Shown: positions 16,843 through 26,027, numbered from the stretch's first letter. The stretch: DNA of 64,000 nucleotides from Polyangiales bacterium (GCA_044229975.1 JBGARZ010000001.1:32001-96000); one strand, 5' to 3'. Program-made: numbers and translations. The notes: a model not told the origin generated them from the sequence alone.

Positions 16843-18506
16843 CGTGTTCCTCCGTCGGCGCGCAGGGTGTCGGCATCGCCCGCGGGAGACAAGGGCTCTC
16901 GCGCCATGGCCTCCATCCGCCCGGTCACCGAGCCGTCGATCCAGCGCGCGTAGCGATCCCGCGGTTGGGGGCCGCAGGTGAGGTAGGTCTCGTAGTACCG
17001 ACGGGCGCACGACCGATCACCGCGGCGCCGCGCGAGGTCGCCCAGCACCACCAGCGCCCGCGCGCACCGCGAGCCCTCCACGTCGAGGCACTCCCGCGCC
17101 GCCGTCATCGCATCGTCGAAGCGCCCCTCGCGCTCGGCCAGCGTCGCCCTCCACAGCGCGACGTCTTCCAGCGCAGCGCCGTCACGCTCGGCGCGATCGA
17201 GCTCCACGCGCGGGTCGGCCAGTCCCGACGCCGAGAGCGCCTCCACCAGCCAGATGCGCGTGTCCGGGTCGGGCTCCTCCTCCAGCGCCGCGAGAAACTG
17301 CTCCGCCGCGCCGCTCGCATCGCCCTGCACCAGCCGCGCGACCCCGAATGACTCCCTCGCCACCGGCGCGCCCTCCGACGCAACGGACGCGCGCAGGTAC
17401 CAGCGCTCGGCGGTCATGTCGTCGCCGCGCTCCAGCGCGAGGTCGCCGCGCGCGAGCGACACGAAGAGGGGATCATCCTCGGCGGCCCGGCGGGCGATGT
17501 CGGCCTCCAGGGCGGCGAGGGTCTGCTCGGCCTCGGCCGCGCGCCCCATGCGACGCAGCGCGCTGGTGATGTTGACCCGGTAGAACGCCGCACACGGGTC
17601 GAGCGTCGCCGCCGCGCGGTAGTCCTCCAGGGCGCCCGAGAGGTCGAGGTCGCGCTCCCGCTCGACGCCGCGGTTGTTGCGCAGGTCGGGGTCGGTGGGT
17701 GCCCAGGTCATCGCGGCGTCGAGCCACGCCCGGCGCGCGTGCAGCCCTTCGAGAATGCCCACGACCGACACCACCTGACCGACCAGCTCGCGTGCGTCGA
17801 GCGGTCGCTCGTAGAGCCCTTCGCGCGGCCGACACAGCGGCAGCACCGGCTCGGGCAAGGGCGGTGCGCCGTCGCGCGTGAGGTCGACGTCCCAGCGCGG
17901 CCCCGGCCCCATGAAGCGCACGTAGATGTGCTGCCGCCGCAGAACGCCCGCGAGAGGAATGTCGAGCCGTCGACCGAGCGCGAGCAGCAGCACCGAGAGC
18001 CCCTCGCAGTAGCCGCGCTTGCGCTCGATGACGGTGTCGATGAGGTCGTTGTCGGGGTCGTTGTAGAGGCCGTTGGGGTCGCTCACGGCTTCGAAGCGCC
18101 AGACGTGAAACACATGGCGCACCAGCGTTCGCAGGCGGCAGCGCGCGTCGCACGAGCGTGGGAGGGCGACGCGCACCTCGGCGGCCATGGCGTCGAGCTG
18201 ACGCAGCACCGCGGCGACGTCGACGTCGGGGTCGCGGGCCCGGGACATCCAGGCGCTCACCTCGCCGAGATCGATGTCGGCGGCGGGGCGCGCGACGAGG
18301 GCGCGGATGTGTTCGTACGAAGGGTCGCCGTCGAGGGAGGGGCGCGGCGGCTCGGCGTCGGGGCACCGCGGAACGGGGTCGCAGGTCTCGGGGGGTGTCG
18401 CGACGATGCGGGGGGCGTCGATGGCAGCGGGGCGCGAGGGCGCCGGGTGGCACGCGACGAGGGCCACCAGGGCGAACAAGAGCATCGGGAGCCAGGAGCG
18501 CGGCAT
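16839..18506 (-). CDS. Lipoprotein with transglutaminase-like (SirB1/Transglut_core2) domain and TPRs
   Basis: Lipobox LVA-C; Y.DP.N.LIDTVIERKRGYCEGLSVL....GRRLDIPL.GV....HIYVR; C-terminal TPRs; stop overlaps the next start (ATGA). Confidence 0.85.
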   Translation of the reverse strand: MPRSWLPMLLFALVALVACHPAPSRPAAIDAPRIVATPPETCDPVPRCPDAEPPRPSLDGDPSYEHIRALVARPAADIDLGEVSAWMSRARDPDVDVAAVLRQLDAMAAEVRVALPRSCDARCRLRTLVRHVFHVWRFEAVSDPNGLYNDPDNDLIDTVIERKRGYCEGLSVLLLALGRRLDIPLAGVLRRQHIYVRFMGPGPRWDVDLTRDGAPPLPEPVLPLCRPREGLYERPLDARELVGQVVSVVGILEGLHARRAWLDAAMTWAPTDPDLRNNRGVERERDLDLSGALEDYRAAATLDPCAAFYRVNITSALRRMGRAAEAEQTLAALEADIARRAAEDDPLFVSLARGDLALERGDDMTAERWYLRASVASEGAPVARESFGVARLVQGDASGAAEQFLAALEEEPDPDTRIWLVEALSASGLADPRVELDRAERDGAALEDVALWRATLAEREGRFDDAMTAARECLDVEGSRCARALVVLGDLARRRGDRSCARRYYETYLTCGPQPRDRYARWIDGSVTGRMEAMAREPLSPAGDADTLRADGGTR

Positions 18507-18634
18507 CGGGCGACGGGAGAGCGTGCACCATCCTACACACGCGCCCCAACTTCACTCGGGCGATCAGGTCCTGACCCGTGACAGCCGATACGCACTGTGG
18601 GTCACCCCGAGTGACTGCGTGTGGAAGGAGACCC

Positions 18635-19020
18635 GTGCGTCGAGGACTCGTGATGGCACTCGTAGGGCCGTGGATCGCCGTCGCTGGCGCAGGGATGTTT
18701 GCGTTGCAGCGCCATGCCGCCATCGCCGGGTCCGATCGTGCCGAGCTCGACCGTTGGCCCGCGGGGAGTTCCCTCCGGCGGTCCCCCGGCCGAGGCGACG
18801 CTGGTCTGCTTCGTTCACCCGCGCTGGCCCTGGCCCCCGGACGTCGATGCGCGATCTGGAGCGGGTGATCTCCCGACGCCCGGGCGCCACGTCGGTGCAG
18901 GGGGTCTTCCGCGAGGACGCGGACGATCCGGCGGAGTCGGCGACCTGGACGATGCCGGAGAGGGCCAGAGCGGCGCTCGCGGCGGCGTCTGGCTGCGGGA
19001 TGGGACCGGTCGCGCGATGA
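18635..19020 (+). pseudogene. Frameshifted, internally deleted RedB-like gene remnant
   Basis: AAGGAG + GTG 18635. Three reading frames join into W....G.FAL.....G....WPAGSSL / ATLVCFVHPRWPWP / RTSMRDLERVISR, resembling RedB (PTLVMF.HP.CPC.RAS..EL). Confidence 0.6.
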
Positions 19021-19170
19021 CCAGCCCCTCCGTCGATGAGCGCGCGACGCAGCTCTACGCCGAGCACCGCGACCGGGTGATGACGGCGACCGACCGCACC
19101 TTCGCGGCGCGGCTCCCGGGGGGCGCAGTGGTTCGGCGTGATGGTGTTCGCGATGGTGCTCACCGACACC
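19017..19170 (+). pseudogene. Truncated RedC-like sensor kinase N-terminus
   Basis: ATGA coupling to the RedB-like remnant; RATQLYAEHRDRVMTATDRTFAARL, then a frameshift to AQWFGVMVFAMV; no kinase domain follows. Confidence 0.55.
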
Positions 19171-19208
19171 GGCGGCAACCGGGTGGTGCGCTACGCGGGC
19201 CCGACGCC

Positions 19209-20216
19209 CTAACGCGGGTCGGCGCAGCAGCGGAAGCCGGTGGAGTAGTCGCGGTAGTCGAAGTTGTGAGCGGTGGTTGTGTAGAGGCAGCCGTGGCCGT
19301 TGATCTCGGCGTCGACGTAGAAGCCGCCCTTGAAGGTGCCGGCGGTGTCGTTGATCCACTCGTGGAGATTGCCGACCATGTCGGCGAGGCCGTAGGGCGA
19401 GAGGCACTCGGAGAAGGCGCCGCTCGGAGCGAGAGAGTCGGGCTGCTGGTTGATGCCTGGGTTGTTCATGCGCTCGGACGTGAACACCCCCACGGACGTC
19501 CCGTAGAACTGCACCACCGGGTGGGGGGTGCGGGCTTCGTTGCAGCGCCGACGGACGTACGTGTTGCCGTAGGGGTAGATCAGGTTGGCGGGGCCGCGGC
19601 ACCCGGCGACCCAGTCGGCGAGGGCGCACAGCCGCTTGCCCGCGTTGACGCAGGCGGCCCTCGCTTGTGAACCCGAGATGTACCCTTGCGGGACTTCGCC
19701 CTCGGCGGAGAGGGCGCTCACCCATCGGGTTCCGGGGTTGAGGTACGGCGACCAGGCGGAGACGCCGCCGTCCATGTCGCGCGCCTCGAGGTGGGCCTCC
19801 CAGCGATCGATGCAGACGCGTCCCTGCACGAGGGCCATCTCCGCGGGGCACCCGCCGTCGAGCACGGGAGCTCGATCGGCTGGGACATCGCGAGCCACGA
19901 CATCGGGGCGATCGGCCATCGCGTCGCGGGCGCCGGCGTCGAGCGGACGGTCGCGCGGAACATCGGCCGCGGCGTCGACGCGGGCATCGCGGGAGGCGTC
20001 GGCGGAGGCGTCGGGGCGGTCGACGAGCGGGGGGACGTCATCGTCGACGATGGCATCAGAGGTGGCGGTGACGTCGGGTTGATCGTCGAGCGCGGGCTGG
20101 TCTTCGATGGTGGCTTCGGGGGAGGCGTCGTCGAGGTCGGTGGTGTCGTCGATGGTCTGGCCGCAGCCAACGGTGACGACGAGTGCGATCGCTCCAAGCA
20201 CGGTGCGGTGGATCAT
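19209..20216 (-). CDS. FGE-sulfatase (SUMF1/EgtB/PvdO-like) domain lipoprotein
   Basis: Lipobox TVG-C, Asp-rich stalk, CIDRWE, ACVNAGKRLC, YPYG, SPYGLADMVGNLHEW, GFRCC. Confidence 0.88.
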   Translation of the reverse strand: MIHRTVLGAIALVVTVGCGQTIDDTTDLDDASPEATIEDQPALDDQPDVTATSDAIVDDDVPPLVDRPDASADASRDARVDAAADVPRDRPLDAGARDAMADRPDVVARDVPADRAPVLDGGCPAEMALVQGRVCIDRWEAHLEARDMDGGVSAWSPYLNPGTRWVSALSAEGEVPQGYISGSQARAACVNAGKRLCALADWVAGCRGPANLIYPYGNTYVRRRCNEARTPHPVVQFYGTSVGVFTSERMNNPGINQQPDSLAPSGAFSECLSPYGLADMVGNLHEWINDTAGTFKGGFYVDAEINGHGCLYTTTAHNFDYRDYSTGFRCCADPR

Positions 20217-20465
20217 TGGGCTCTCAGGCTCCGGGGTTGTCACGCCGACGCGGGTGACGGCGCGCTTCTCGCGCCTGGGCGGGGCCGGGGTTGCGCGTCG
20301 CCCGCGTCACATCCCCTCCAGCGAATCGCCGGTAGCTCATGGTGTCGACGCTATCGCCGTGGGAGCGGGCAACGTCAACGGACGCCCTCGACGGGTGTGC
20401 CTTCGGACTCGTGGGCGGTGCCCCGGACGGCGGGGACCAAGGACAACGAGGTGACGAAACCGCTG

Positions 20466-20539
20466 TGCGCCCGGCGCGAATCGAACGCGCAACCTACGGC
20501 TTAGAAGGCCGCCGCTCTATCCGATTGAGCTACGGGCAC
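20466..20539 (-). tRNA. tRNA-Arg (anticodon TCT)
   Basis: Cloverleaf GTGCCCG/CGGGCGC, anticodon arm GCGGC-CTTCTAA-GCCGT, GTTCGATTC; CCA not encoded. Confidence 0.95.
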
Positions 20540-20553
20540 GGAAGGATGAAGGG

Positions 20554-20627
20554 TCGGAGTGGAGGGATTCGAACCCACGACATCTAGCTCCCAAAGCTAG
20601 TGCACTACCAGGCTGTGCTACACTCCG
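20554..20627 (-). tRNA. tRNA-Pro (anticodon TGG)
   Basis: CGGAGTG/CACTCCG, CTAGC-TTTGGGA-GCTAG, GGTTCGAATCC. Confidence 0.96.
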
Positions 20628-20708
20628 CGGCCGTCGACCGACGGGCGACCCTACCACGCCGCCTCGGGGTACGCGCACCGAGCCCGTGATTTTTTCTGGT
20701 ATCCCCTG

Positions 20709-20737
20709 GTGACATCATCCCGAACCTGGGGTACAAG
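20709..20737 (+). promoter_or_regulatory. Putative promoter for tRNA-His/Arg
   Basis: GTGACA-N17-TACAAG, ending 13 nt before tRNA-His. Confidence 0.4.
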
Positions 20738-20750
20738 CCGTCTCCCGTTT

Positions 20751-20824
20751 GGTGGCCGTAGCTCAGCTGGTAGAGCATCGGATTGTGGCTCCGATGGTCG
20801 CGGGTTCAATCCCCGTCGGTCACC
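20751..20824 (+). tRNA. tRNA-His (anticodon GTG)
   Basis: G-1 plus GTGGCCG/CGGTCAC, TCGGA-TTGTGGC-TCCGA, GGTTCAATCC. Confidence 0.96.
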
Positions 20825-20841
20825 CCCAGAAGTCTCCTCCT

Positions 20842-20914
20842 GCGCCCGTAGCTCAATGGATAGAGCATCGGACTTCGGATCCGAGGGTTAGAGGTTCGAC
20901 CCCTCTCGGGCGCG
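20842..20914 (+). tRNA. tRNA-Arg (anticodon TCG)
   Basis: GCGCCCG/CGGGCGC, TCGGA-CTTCGGA-TCCGA, GGTTCGACCC. Confidence 0.94.
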
Positions 20915-20938
20915 CCGCCAACATCGGCGCCGTATTTG

Positions 20939-20967
20939 TTGACAGCATTCTTAGCCTACGATAGACG
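20939..20967 (+). promoter_or_regulatory. Putative promoter for tRNA-Lys
   Basis: TTGACA-N17-TAGACG in an AT-richer patch, ending 13 nt before tRNA-Lys. Confidence 0.5.
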
Positions 20968-20980
20968 CTGTTTCCGCTTC

Positions 20981-21056
20981 GCGACATTAGCTCAATTGGT
21001 AGAGCAGTGGACTCTTAATCCATTGGCTCTCGGTTCAAGTCCGAGATGTCGCACCA
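20981..21056 (+). tRNA. tRNA-Lys (anticodon CTT)
   Basis: GCGACAT/ATGTCGC, GTGGA-CTCTTAA-TCCAT, GGTTCAAGTCC; CCA encoded. Confidence 0.95.
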
Positions 21057-21062
21057 ACGAAG

Positions 21063-21085
21063 AAGGCCCCTCTCGGGGCCTTTTT
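21063..21085 (+). terminator. Intrinsic terminator after tRNA-Lys, possibly bidirectional
   Basis: AAGGCCCC-TCTC-GGGGCCTT stem followed by a T-run; A-rich 5' side. Confidence 0.85.
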
Positions 21086-21140
21086 CATGTCCGATGAAAC
21101 CTTCGACGGCGCAGCCCCGAGAGGCCCGTGCCCCGACGGT

Positions 21141-23720
21141 CTACTGTTCTTCTTCTTCGTCGCTGGTGTTGAAGACGAAGTTCGACTCGTAGTCCTCATC
21201 CGTAAACGGAGGAATCGGGTTGGCGCGCAGGAGGTTCTCCAGGCACTGCCCGACCGGCGGCTGGGCAAACGCTCCGTTGATACGCACCTCGCTCGGGCGC
21301 CCCGTCGAGCCCGCGTAGACCACCGACACCCGAACGTGTCGACTGCCGGTCGTACCCACGCACTGCCGCACGCTCGGCTCGAGCACCTCTTCGAGTCGCG
21401 TCATGTCGCGACGACGAGGGTGCGCACGCGGGGGGTCGTTGGTCGCGCCGAAGACCTCGACGTTCCAGGGAGCCGCGGGGTTGGCCGTCGGCGTCGAGGC
21501 ATCGACGGTCACGTTGAGGCGCGCGAGCGGAGGGACATCACTCGCGATCGCCGCGACATCGGCGGCCGGGACCACCACGGCGTCGACGGACACCGCGTCG
21601 AGGGCAGCAGCCCCGGCATCGCGCACGATCGGCGCGGAGGCGTCGGGCGCAGTCGCGACGACCGGCGCCGGGACGATGGGCGCAGGCACCAGCACCGCAG
21701 GGACGTTTCGCGGTGGCTCAGGGCGGTTCATTCGCGCGAGGTAGATCTGTCCACCCGTCACGATGGCGGCCGCCGCGATGATGGACGCGCCGAGGATCTT
21801 CACCTTCGCGAGGTTTGCGGGAGGCGGCTCGACCGGAGGCGGGGCAACGAACGATGGGCCCTCGGGCGGCCGCGCGCTGGCGAAGCGGGCGTGGTCCGGC
21901 GGAGCGAACGACGGAGCGATCGGCGGCGGGATGGAGACCGGGTCGAGCACCGGCTCCGGCGACACCGGCGCAAACACCGGGACCTGCTCGAAAGACACCG
22001 GCGGCACGTACGCCTGCGGCGCGACGACAGGGTTGTCGGGCGGAATCACGAACACCGGCATCGAAGGCTCCGGGTCGCGCTCGGGCTCCGGCTCAGGTTC
22101 GGGCTCGATCTCCACCTCGGGGTCGGGGGACGGCTCAGGCGGACGCACGCTCACCTTCGGCAGCGACGGCATCGACGCCGGCCGCGCCGGCACCTCAGGA
22201 GCGGCTGGGATCTCCCAGCTATCGGCCTCGTCATCGACCAGCGAGGCGGGGATCTCCGCGTCCATCTCGAAGGTGACCTCCGTCGACGGCGACGGTGGCT
22301 CGGGGGCAGGCGGCGGAGCGCTGCCGCGGAGGATGGTCGGCGAGCGAGATGGCACCCGCGGGATGGGCGGCGGGGGCGCCGAGGTCACGCGGGGAAGCGG
22401 GCGGCCACTGATGGGAGTTCCTGGGGGGGCGAGCGGGATGTCGAGCCCTTCGATGTCCGCGATGTTGAAGAGGTCGTTGCGCGCCCCCGGCTCGGACGGG
22501 CCCGGCCTGTTGGAAGGCGACGCGGGCGGCAGGCGCGCGGGCGGAAAGGTCGGCCGCTCGGTCTCGTCGACGACGCGCTCGGTGCCCGGCGGGTGGATGC
22601 GCGGAACCTCCACCTTCTGCGTCGGCATCTGCGGTCGTCCGCCCACCATCTTCGGCCTCGCCGGGTTGGCGGCGATGGTCGCCTCCAACGCCGCACGCTC
22701 AGGGTCGACGGCCTTCGCGCGAGGCGCCATCCCCGGCGGCCGCGACGAGTTGCCCGCGCCGAGGATGGTCGACTTCATCACGTCGAGCTCGACGGGCGTC
22801 AGCACGGGCGTTCCGGCCGGCGGCGACCCCAGCACCGGCGCGACCCGCGGCGCCGGCGCCCTCGCCGCGACCCCCATCGCCGTCGAGAGCGCGTCGGCCA
22901 TCGCCGTCGCCGTCGCGAAGGTCTTCGACGCCTCGGCCGACCACGCCCGCGTGAGCACGGCGTCGACCGCCTTCGGCACCTCCGGGCGCAGCGCGTTGGC
23001 CGACGGCCGCACGCCCCGCAGGATGGCCGCCGACAAGCTCGCCTCGGTGGCGCCCTGAAACGCCGGGCGCCCCGTCAGGCACTCGAAGGCCACCGAGGCC
23101 AGCGCGAACACGTCGCCGCGCGGCGACGGCCGCTGGAGCAGCTCGTCGGGGGAGAGATACTGCCGCGCCTGGAGCGGAACCCGCGCGCTCACGAGCCCCG
23201 CCTCGACCAGCGCCTGCGCGAGCCCGCACTCCTCGACGCGTACGTCCCGCTCCGGGCCGACCAGGGTGATGGTGTCGGGCGAGAGACGCCGATGCAGCAC
23301 CGGAGGAGAGGCAGCGTGCAGTGCGTCGAGCACGCCCGCGACGACGTGGACGACGCGCACACACTCGGCCGTGTCGAGCGAGCCCGCTGCGTCGAGGGTC
23401 ATCCGCAGCGAGGTCGCGCCCTCGGTGGCCGTGGTGGTCACCACGAGCAGACCCACGGGGTCGTCGATGACGTCGACGAGAGACGGAATCGCCGCCAGCT
23501 GCAGGCGCTGGATGCGGTCGAGCTCGCGGCGCACCACCCGCAGCGCGTCGTTGGACGCGACCAGCGTGAAGCGGCGCACCTCGAAGCGCTCGCGCCCGCT
23601 GCCTTCACGGCGCGCGCGGTAGACCTCGGTCATCACCCCGTTTCGCAGGTGGCGCTCGATCACGCACTGGCCGCCGACGGTCGTATCCACGGGGAGAGTC
23701 TGGTTGCTGGTGGCGGCCAT
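21141..23720 (-). CDS. Ser/Thr pseudokinase with Pro-rich linker, TM helix and extracytoplasmic C-terminal domain
   Basis: Kinase fold with degenerate motifs (VLHRRLSPDTI, VEECGLA) but retained YLSPDE and DVFALASVAFECLTGRPAF; TM KILGASIIAAAAIV; C-terminal domain with two Cys. Confidence 0.82.
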   Translation of the reverse strand: MAATSNQTLPVDTTVGGQCVIERHLRNGVMTEVYRARREGSGRERFEVRRFTLVASNDALRVVRRELDRIQRLQLAAIPSLVDVIDDPVGLLVVTTTATEGATSLRMTLDAAGSLDTAECVRVVHVVAGVLDALHAASPPVLHRRLSPDTITLVGPERDVRVEECGLAQALVEAGLVSARVPLQARQYLSPDELLQRPSPRGDVFALASVAFECLTGRPAFQGATEASLSAAILRGVRPSANALRPEVPKAVDAVLTRAWSAEASKTFATATAMADALSTAMGVAARAPAPRVAPVLGSPPAGTPVLTPVELDVMKSTILGAGNSSRPPGMAPRAKAVDPERAALEATIAANPARPKMVGGRPQMPTQKVEVPRIHPPGTERVVDETERPTFPPARLPPASPSNRPGPSEPGARNDLFNIADIEGLDIPLAPPGTPISGRPLPRVTSAPPPPIPRVPSRSPTILRGSAPPPAPEPPSPSTEVTFEMDAEIPASLVDDEADSWEIPAAPEVPARPASMPSLPKVSVRPPEPSPDPEVEIEPEPEPEPERDPEPSMPVFVIPPDNPVVAPQAYVPPVSFEQVPVFAPVSPEPVLDPVSIPPPIAPSFAPPDHARFASARPPEGPSFVAPPPVEPPPANLAKVKILGASIIAAAAIVTGGQIYLARMNRPEPPRNVPAVLVPAPIVPAPVVATAPDASAPIVRDAGAAALDAVSVDAVVVPAADVAAIASDVPPLARLNVTVDASTPTANPAAPWNVEVFGATNDPPRAHPRRRDMTRLEEVLEPSVRQCVGTTGSRHVRVSVVYAGSTGRPSEVRINGAFAQPPVGQCLENLLRANPIPPFTDEDYESNFVFNTSDEEEEQ

Positions 23721-23772
23721 CGTCGATTCGACGAAGTATCGCCGCCCTGCGCAGCCGACGCCAGAAGCAGGC

Positions 23773-24384
23773 TCAGAGCGAGGCGAGGTACGCGCGCAGC
23801 CGCGGGAGCATCACCCGCAACGCCGCACCACGGTGCGACAGCGCGTGCTTCGCCGACGATGGGAGCTCCGCCATCGTGCGCGTCTCTCCGTCCGGGACGA
23901 ACAGCGAGTCGTACCCGAAGCCCCCTTCCCCTCGCGGCGCGCGCGTGATGGCGCCCGCGCACTCTCCCTCCTCGTAGAGCACCTCCGCGCCGAGTGCGCC
24001 CGCCGAGTCGGCCAACGCGAGCACGCACCGAAACCTCGCCGTGCGAAGCGCGTCGGGCACATCCACGAGGCGTTGGAGCAGCAGCACGCGGTTGCCTTCG
24101 TCGTCGCCGTGGCGGCCCGCGAAGCGCGCGGAGAAGACCCCGGGCGCTCCGTCGAGCGCGTCGACGCAGAGCCCCGAGTCGTCGGCGAGGCAGGGCAATC
24201 CCGTGCGGCGCGCGGCCTCGGTCGCCTTCTGCGCGGCGTTGCCCCGGAAGGTGTCGGCGGTCTCGGGGAGGTCGTCGATGCCGACGTCCGAGAGGCCGAT
24301 CACGCGCATCCCGGTGAGAAGCTCGCGCAGCTCGCGCAGCTTGCCCTGGTTGGCCGTCGCCAGGAGGAGCGCCCGGTCACTCAC
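23773..24384 (-). CDS. rdgB: RdgB/HAM1 non-canonical purine NTP pyrophosphatase
   Basis: LLLATANQGKLRE, ETADTFRGNAAQKA, LADDSGLCVDALDGAPGVFSAR, GFGYDSLF, KHALSHRG. Confidence 0.96.
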   Translation of the reverse strand: MSDRALLLATANQGKLRELRELLTGMRVIGLSDVGIDDLPETADTFRGNAAQKATEAARRTGLPCLADDSGLCVDALDGAPGVFSARFAGRHGDDEGNRVLLLQRLVDVPDALRTARFRCVLALADSAGALGAEVLYEEGECAGAITRAPRGEGGFGYDSLFVPDGETRTMAELPSSAKHALSHRGAALRVMLPRLRAYLASL

Positions 24385-25204
24385 GCGAAGGCACCGGGTC
24401 GCCCCGCTCCTGGAGCCCGCGCAGCAGCACCGACTCGATGGTGGGTGGCAGGCGCATCGCGCGCACGGCCGTCGCGCTGTCGGGCTGCGGGCCCGTGAAG
24501 CAGCGGCACGTCCGCATGTACTGGCGGCCGACGAGGCGCGCGAGGTTGACCATCTCTGCATCCACCGCCGGGTCGGGACGGCGACCGCGGCGCGAGCGGC
24601 GGGCGGCCGTGGGGTTGAGCGCCTCGACCGCGACGATGCGGCCGTTGGCGTAGGGGTCACCGCGGAGCAGGCGCTCCATGGTGTCTTCGGACGACAGCAC
24701 GCGATCCATGGAGGAGAGGCAGCTCCGCACCTCGCGCGCACCAGCGAGCCAGGGAGTGAAATCAAAGGGCGCCGCGGGGGCCACGCAGAACTGACCGTCG
24801 GCGCGGCGCAGGGTGTGAAGCGCGGCCGTGACGTCTTCGAGCGTGCGAAGGTCGCTCTCGGCGAGCACCCGACCGCCCGTGACCATGCGACGTCGACAGG
24901 GCGTGTACGCGCGCTCGGCCCCCGTGACGTCATCGAACTGCGCCGCCCGCAGCGTCTCATCGCAGGGGTCGCGCGGCCGACGAGGCTCCGGGGGAAGCGG
25001 GGTGAGCGGGACGGCGTTGACCACGCGCGGCGCACCGCGACGACCCGGGGCGCGGGACGACGGGCGCGCGGCCGGACGAGAGGAGGTGGTCGTGGCGGGA
25101 TGAGGCGCGGGGACCGAGGCGTCTCCGCGCGGCTGGGCGACGGCGACGGGCGCGGCCAGAAGCAGCGCACCCGCGACCCAGAGGACACCGCATCGTGGAC
25201 CCAT
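24377..25204 (-). CDS. Hypothetical secreted protein
   Basis: Signal-peptide-like start (LLLAAPVAVA-Q), several Cys in the mature part; fills the gap between rph and rdgB and overlaps the rdgB start. Confidence 0.65.
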   Translation of the reverse strand: MGPRCGVLWVAGALLLAAPVAVAQPRGDASVPAPHPATTTSSRPAARPSSRAPGRRGAPRVVNAVPLTPLPPEPRRPRDPCDETLRAAQFDDVTGAERAYTPCRRRMVTGGRVLAESDLRTLEDVTAALHTLRRADGQFCVAPAAPFDFTPWLAGAREVRSCLSSMDRVLSSEDTMERLLRGDPYANGRIVAVEALNPTAARRSRRGRRPDPAVDAEMVNLARLVGRQYMRTCRCFTGPQPDSATAVRAMRLPPTIESVLLRGLQERGDPVPSRE

Positions 25205-25277
25205 CGCTCGCAACCCGAAGGCCATAGCGCCGACGGGCGGCACCGGGCCAGCTTCTGACGCCGATTGGGGCGGTTGG

Positions 25278-26027
25278 TCAGCGAAGGAGCGCGCCCAGGT
25301 CGACGCCCGCCGCGGCGATGGCAGCGCGCTGTACGCCCACCAGCGAAGCGACGCCCGCGAGGCCCACGTCGACGAGGCCATCCACGCGTGACCGCGGCAC
25401 CGGGTCTCCCTCGGCCGTGCACTGAAGCTCCACCAGCGCGCCTGCCTCGGTCGCGACGATGTTGGCGTCCATCTCGGCGTCGCGGTCTTCCTCGTAGCAG
25501 AGGTCGAGCATCGACTCGCCGCCGACCATGCCCGCGCTGATGGCCGCCACCAGCGACACCAGCGGCTTCGCCGTCACGAGCCCCTTGCGGCGCAGTCCGT
25601 CGAGCGCCACCGCGAGCGCGACCATGGAGCCGGTGATGCTGGCGGTGCGTGTTCCGCCGTCGGCTTCGAGCACGTCGCAGTCGAGGGTGATGGTGCGCTC
25701 GCCCAGGGCGCGCGGGTCCACCGCCGCCCGCAGCGCCCGCCCGATGAGCCGCGCGATCTCCTGCGAGCGACCGGAGAGCGGGCGGCCGTTGAAGCCGTCG
25801 CGGTTCTGGCGCTTCGGGCCGGTGCGCGGGTGCATCAGGTACTCCGCCGTGACCCACCCCTTCCCCTTGCCCTTGAGGAAGTCCTTCACGCCCTCGTCCA
25901 CGCTCGCCACGCACAGCACCACCGTGCCGCCCGCGCGGTAGAGCACGCTGCCATCCGCCTGGCGCTTCCAGCCGACCTCCATGGTCACGGGCCGCAGCGC
26001 GTCGAGGGTCCTACCGTCCTTCCGCAT
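25278..26027 (-). CDS. rph: Ribonuclease PH
   Basis: MRKDGR...LRPV, GWVTAEY.M.P, GRSQEIARLIGRALRA, DCDVLEADGGTRTASITG, LDLCYEED. Confidence 0.97.
   Translation of the reverse strand: MRKDGRTLDALRPVTMEVGWKRQADGSVLYRAGGTVVLCVASVDEGVKDFLKGKGKGWVTAEYLMHPRTGPKRQNRDGFNGRPLSGRSQEIARLIGRALRAAVDPRALGERTITLDCDVLEADGGTRTASITGSMVALAVALDGLRRKGLVTAKPLVSLVAAISAGMVGGESMLDLCYEEDRDAEMDANIVATEAGALVELQCTAEGDPVPRSRVDGLVDVGLAGVASLVGVQRAAIAAAGVDLGALLR

Noticed and set aside
19209..20216. FGE-domain gene as a diversity-generating retroelement target or sulfatase-maturation locus
   Set aside because: No reverse transcriptase, no template/variable repeat pair and no sulfatase in the window.
20247..20308. 13-bp stem (GACGCGGGTGACG / CGTCGCCCGCGTC) upstream of the FGE-domain gene as a riboswitch
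   Set aside because: A single GC-rich stem with no recognisable aptamer motif, plausible by chance at this GC content.
18560..20466. Genomic island integrated at the 3' end of tRNA-Arg(TCT)
   Set aside because: No integrase and no convincing duplicated tRNA 3' end found by eye; only the pseudogene relic hints at plasticity.
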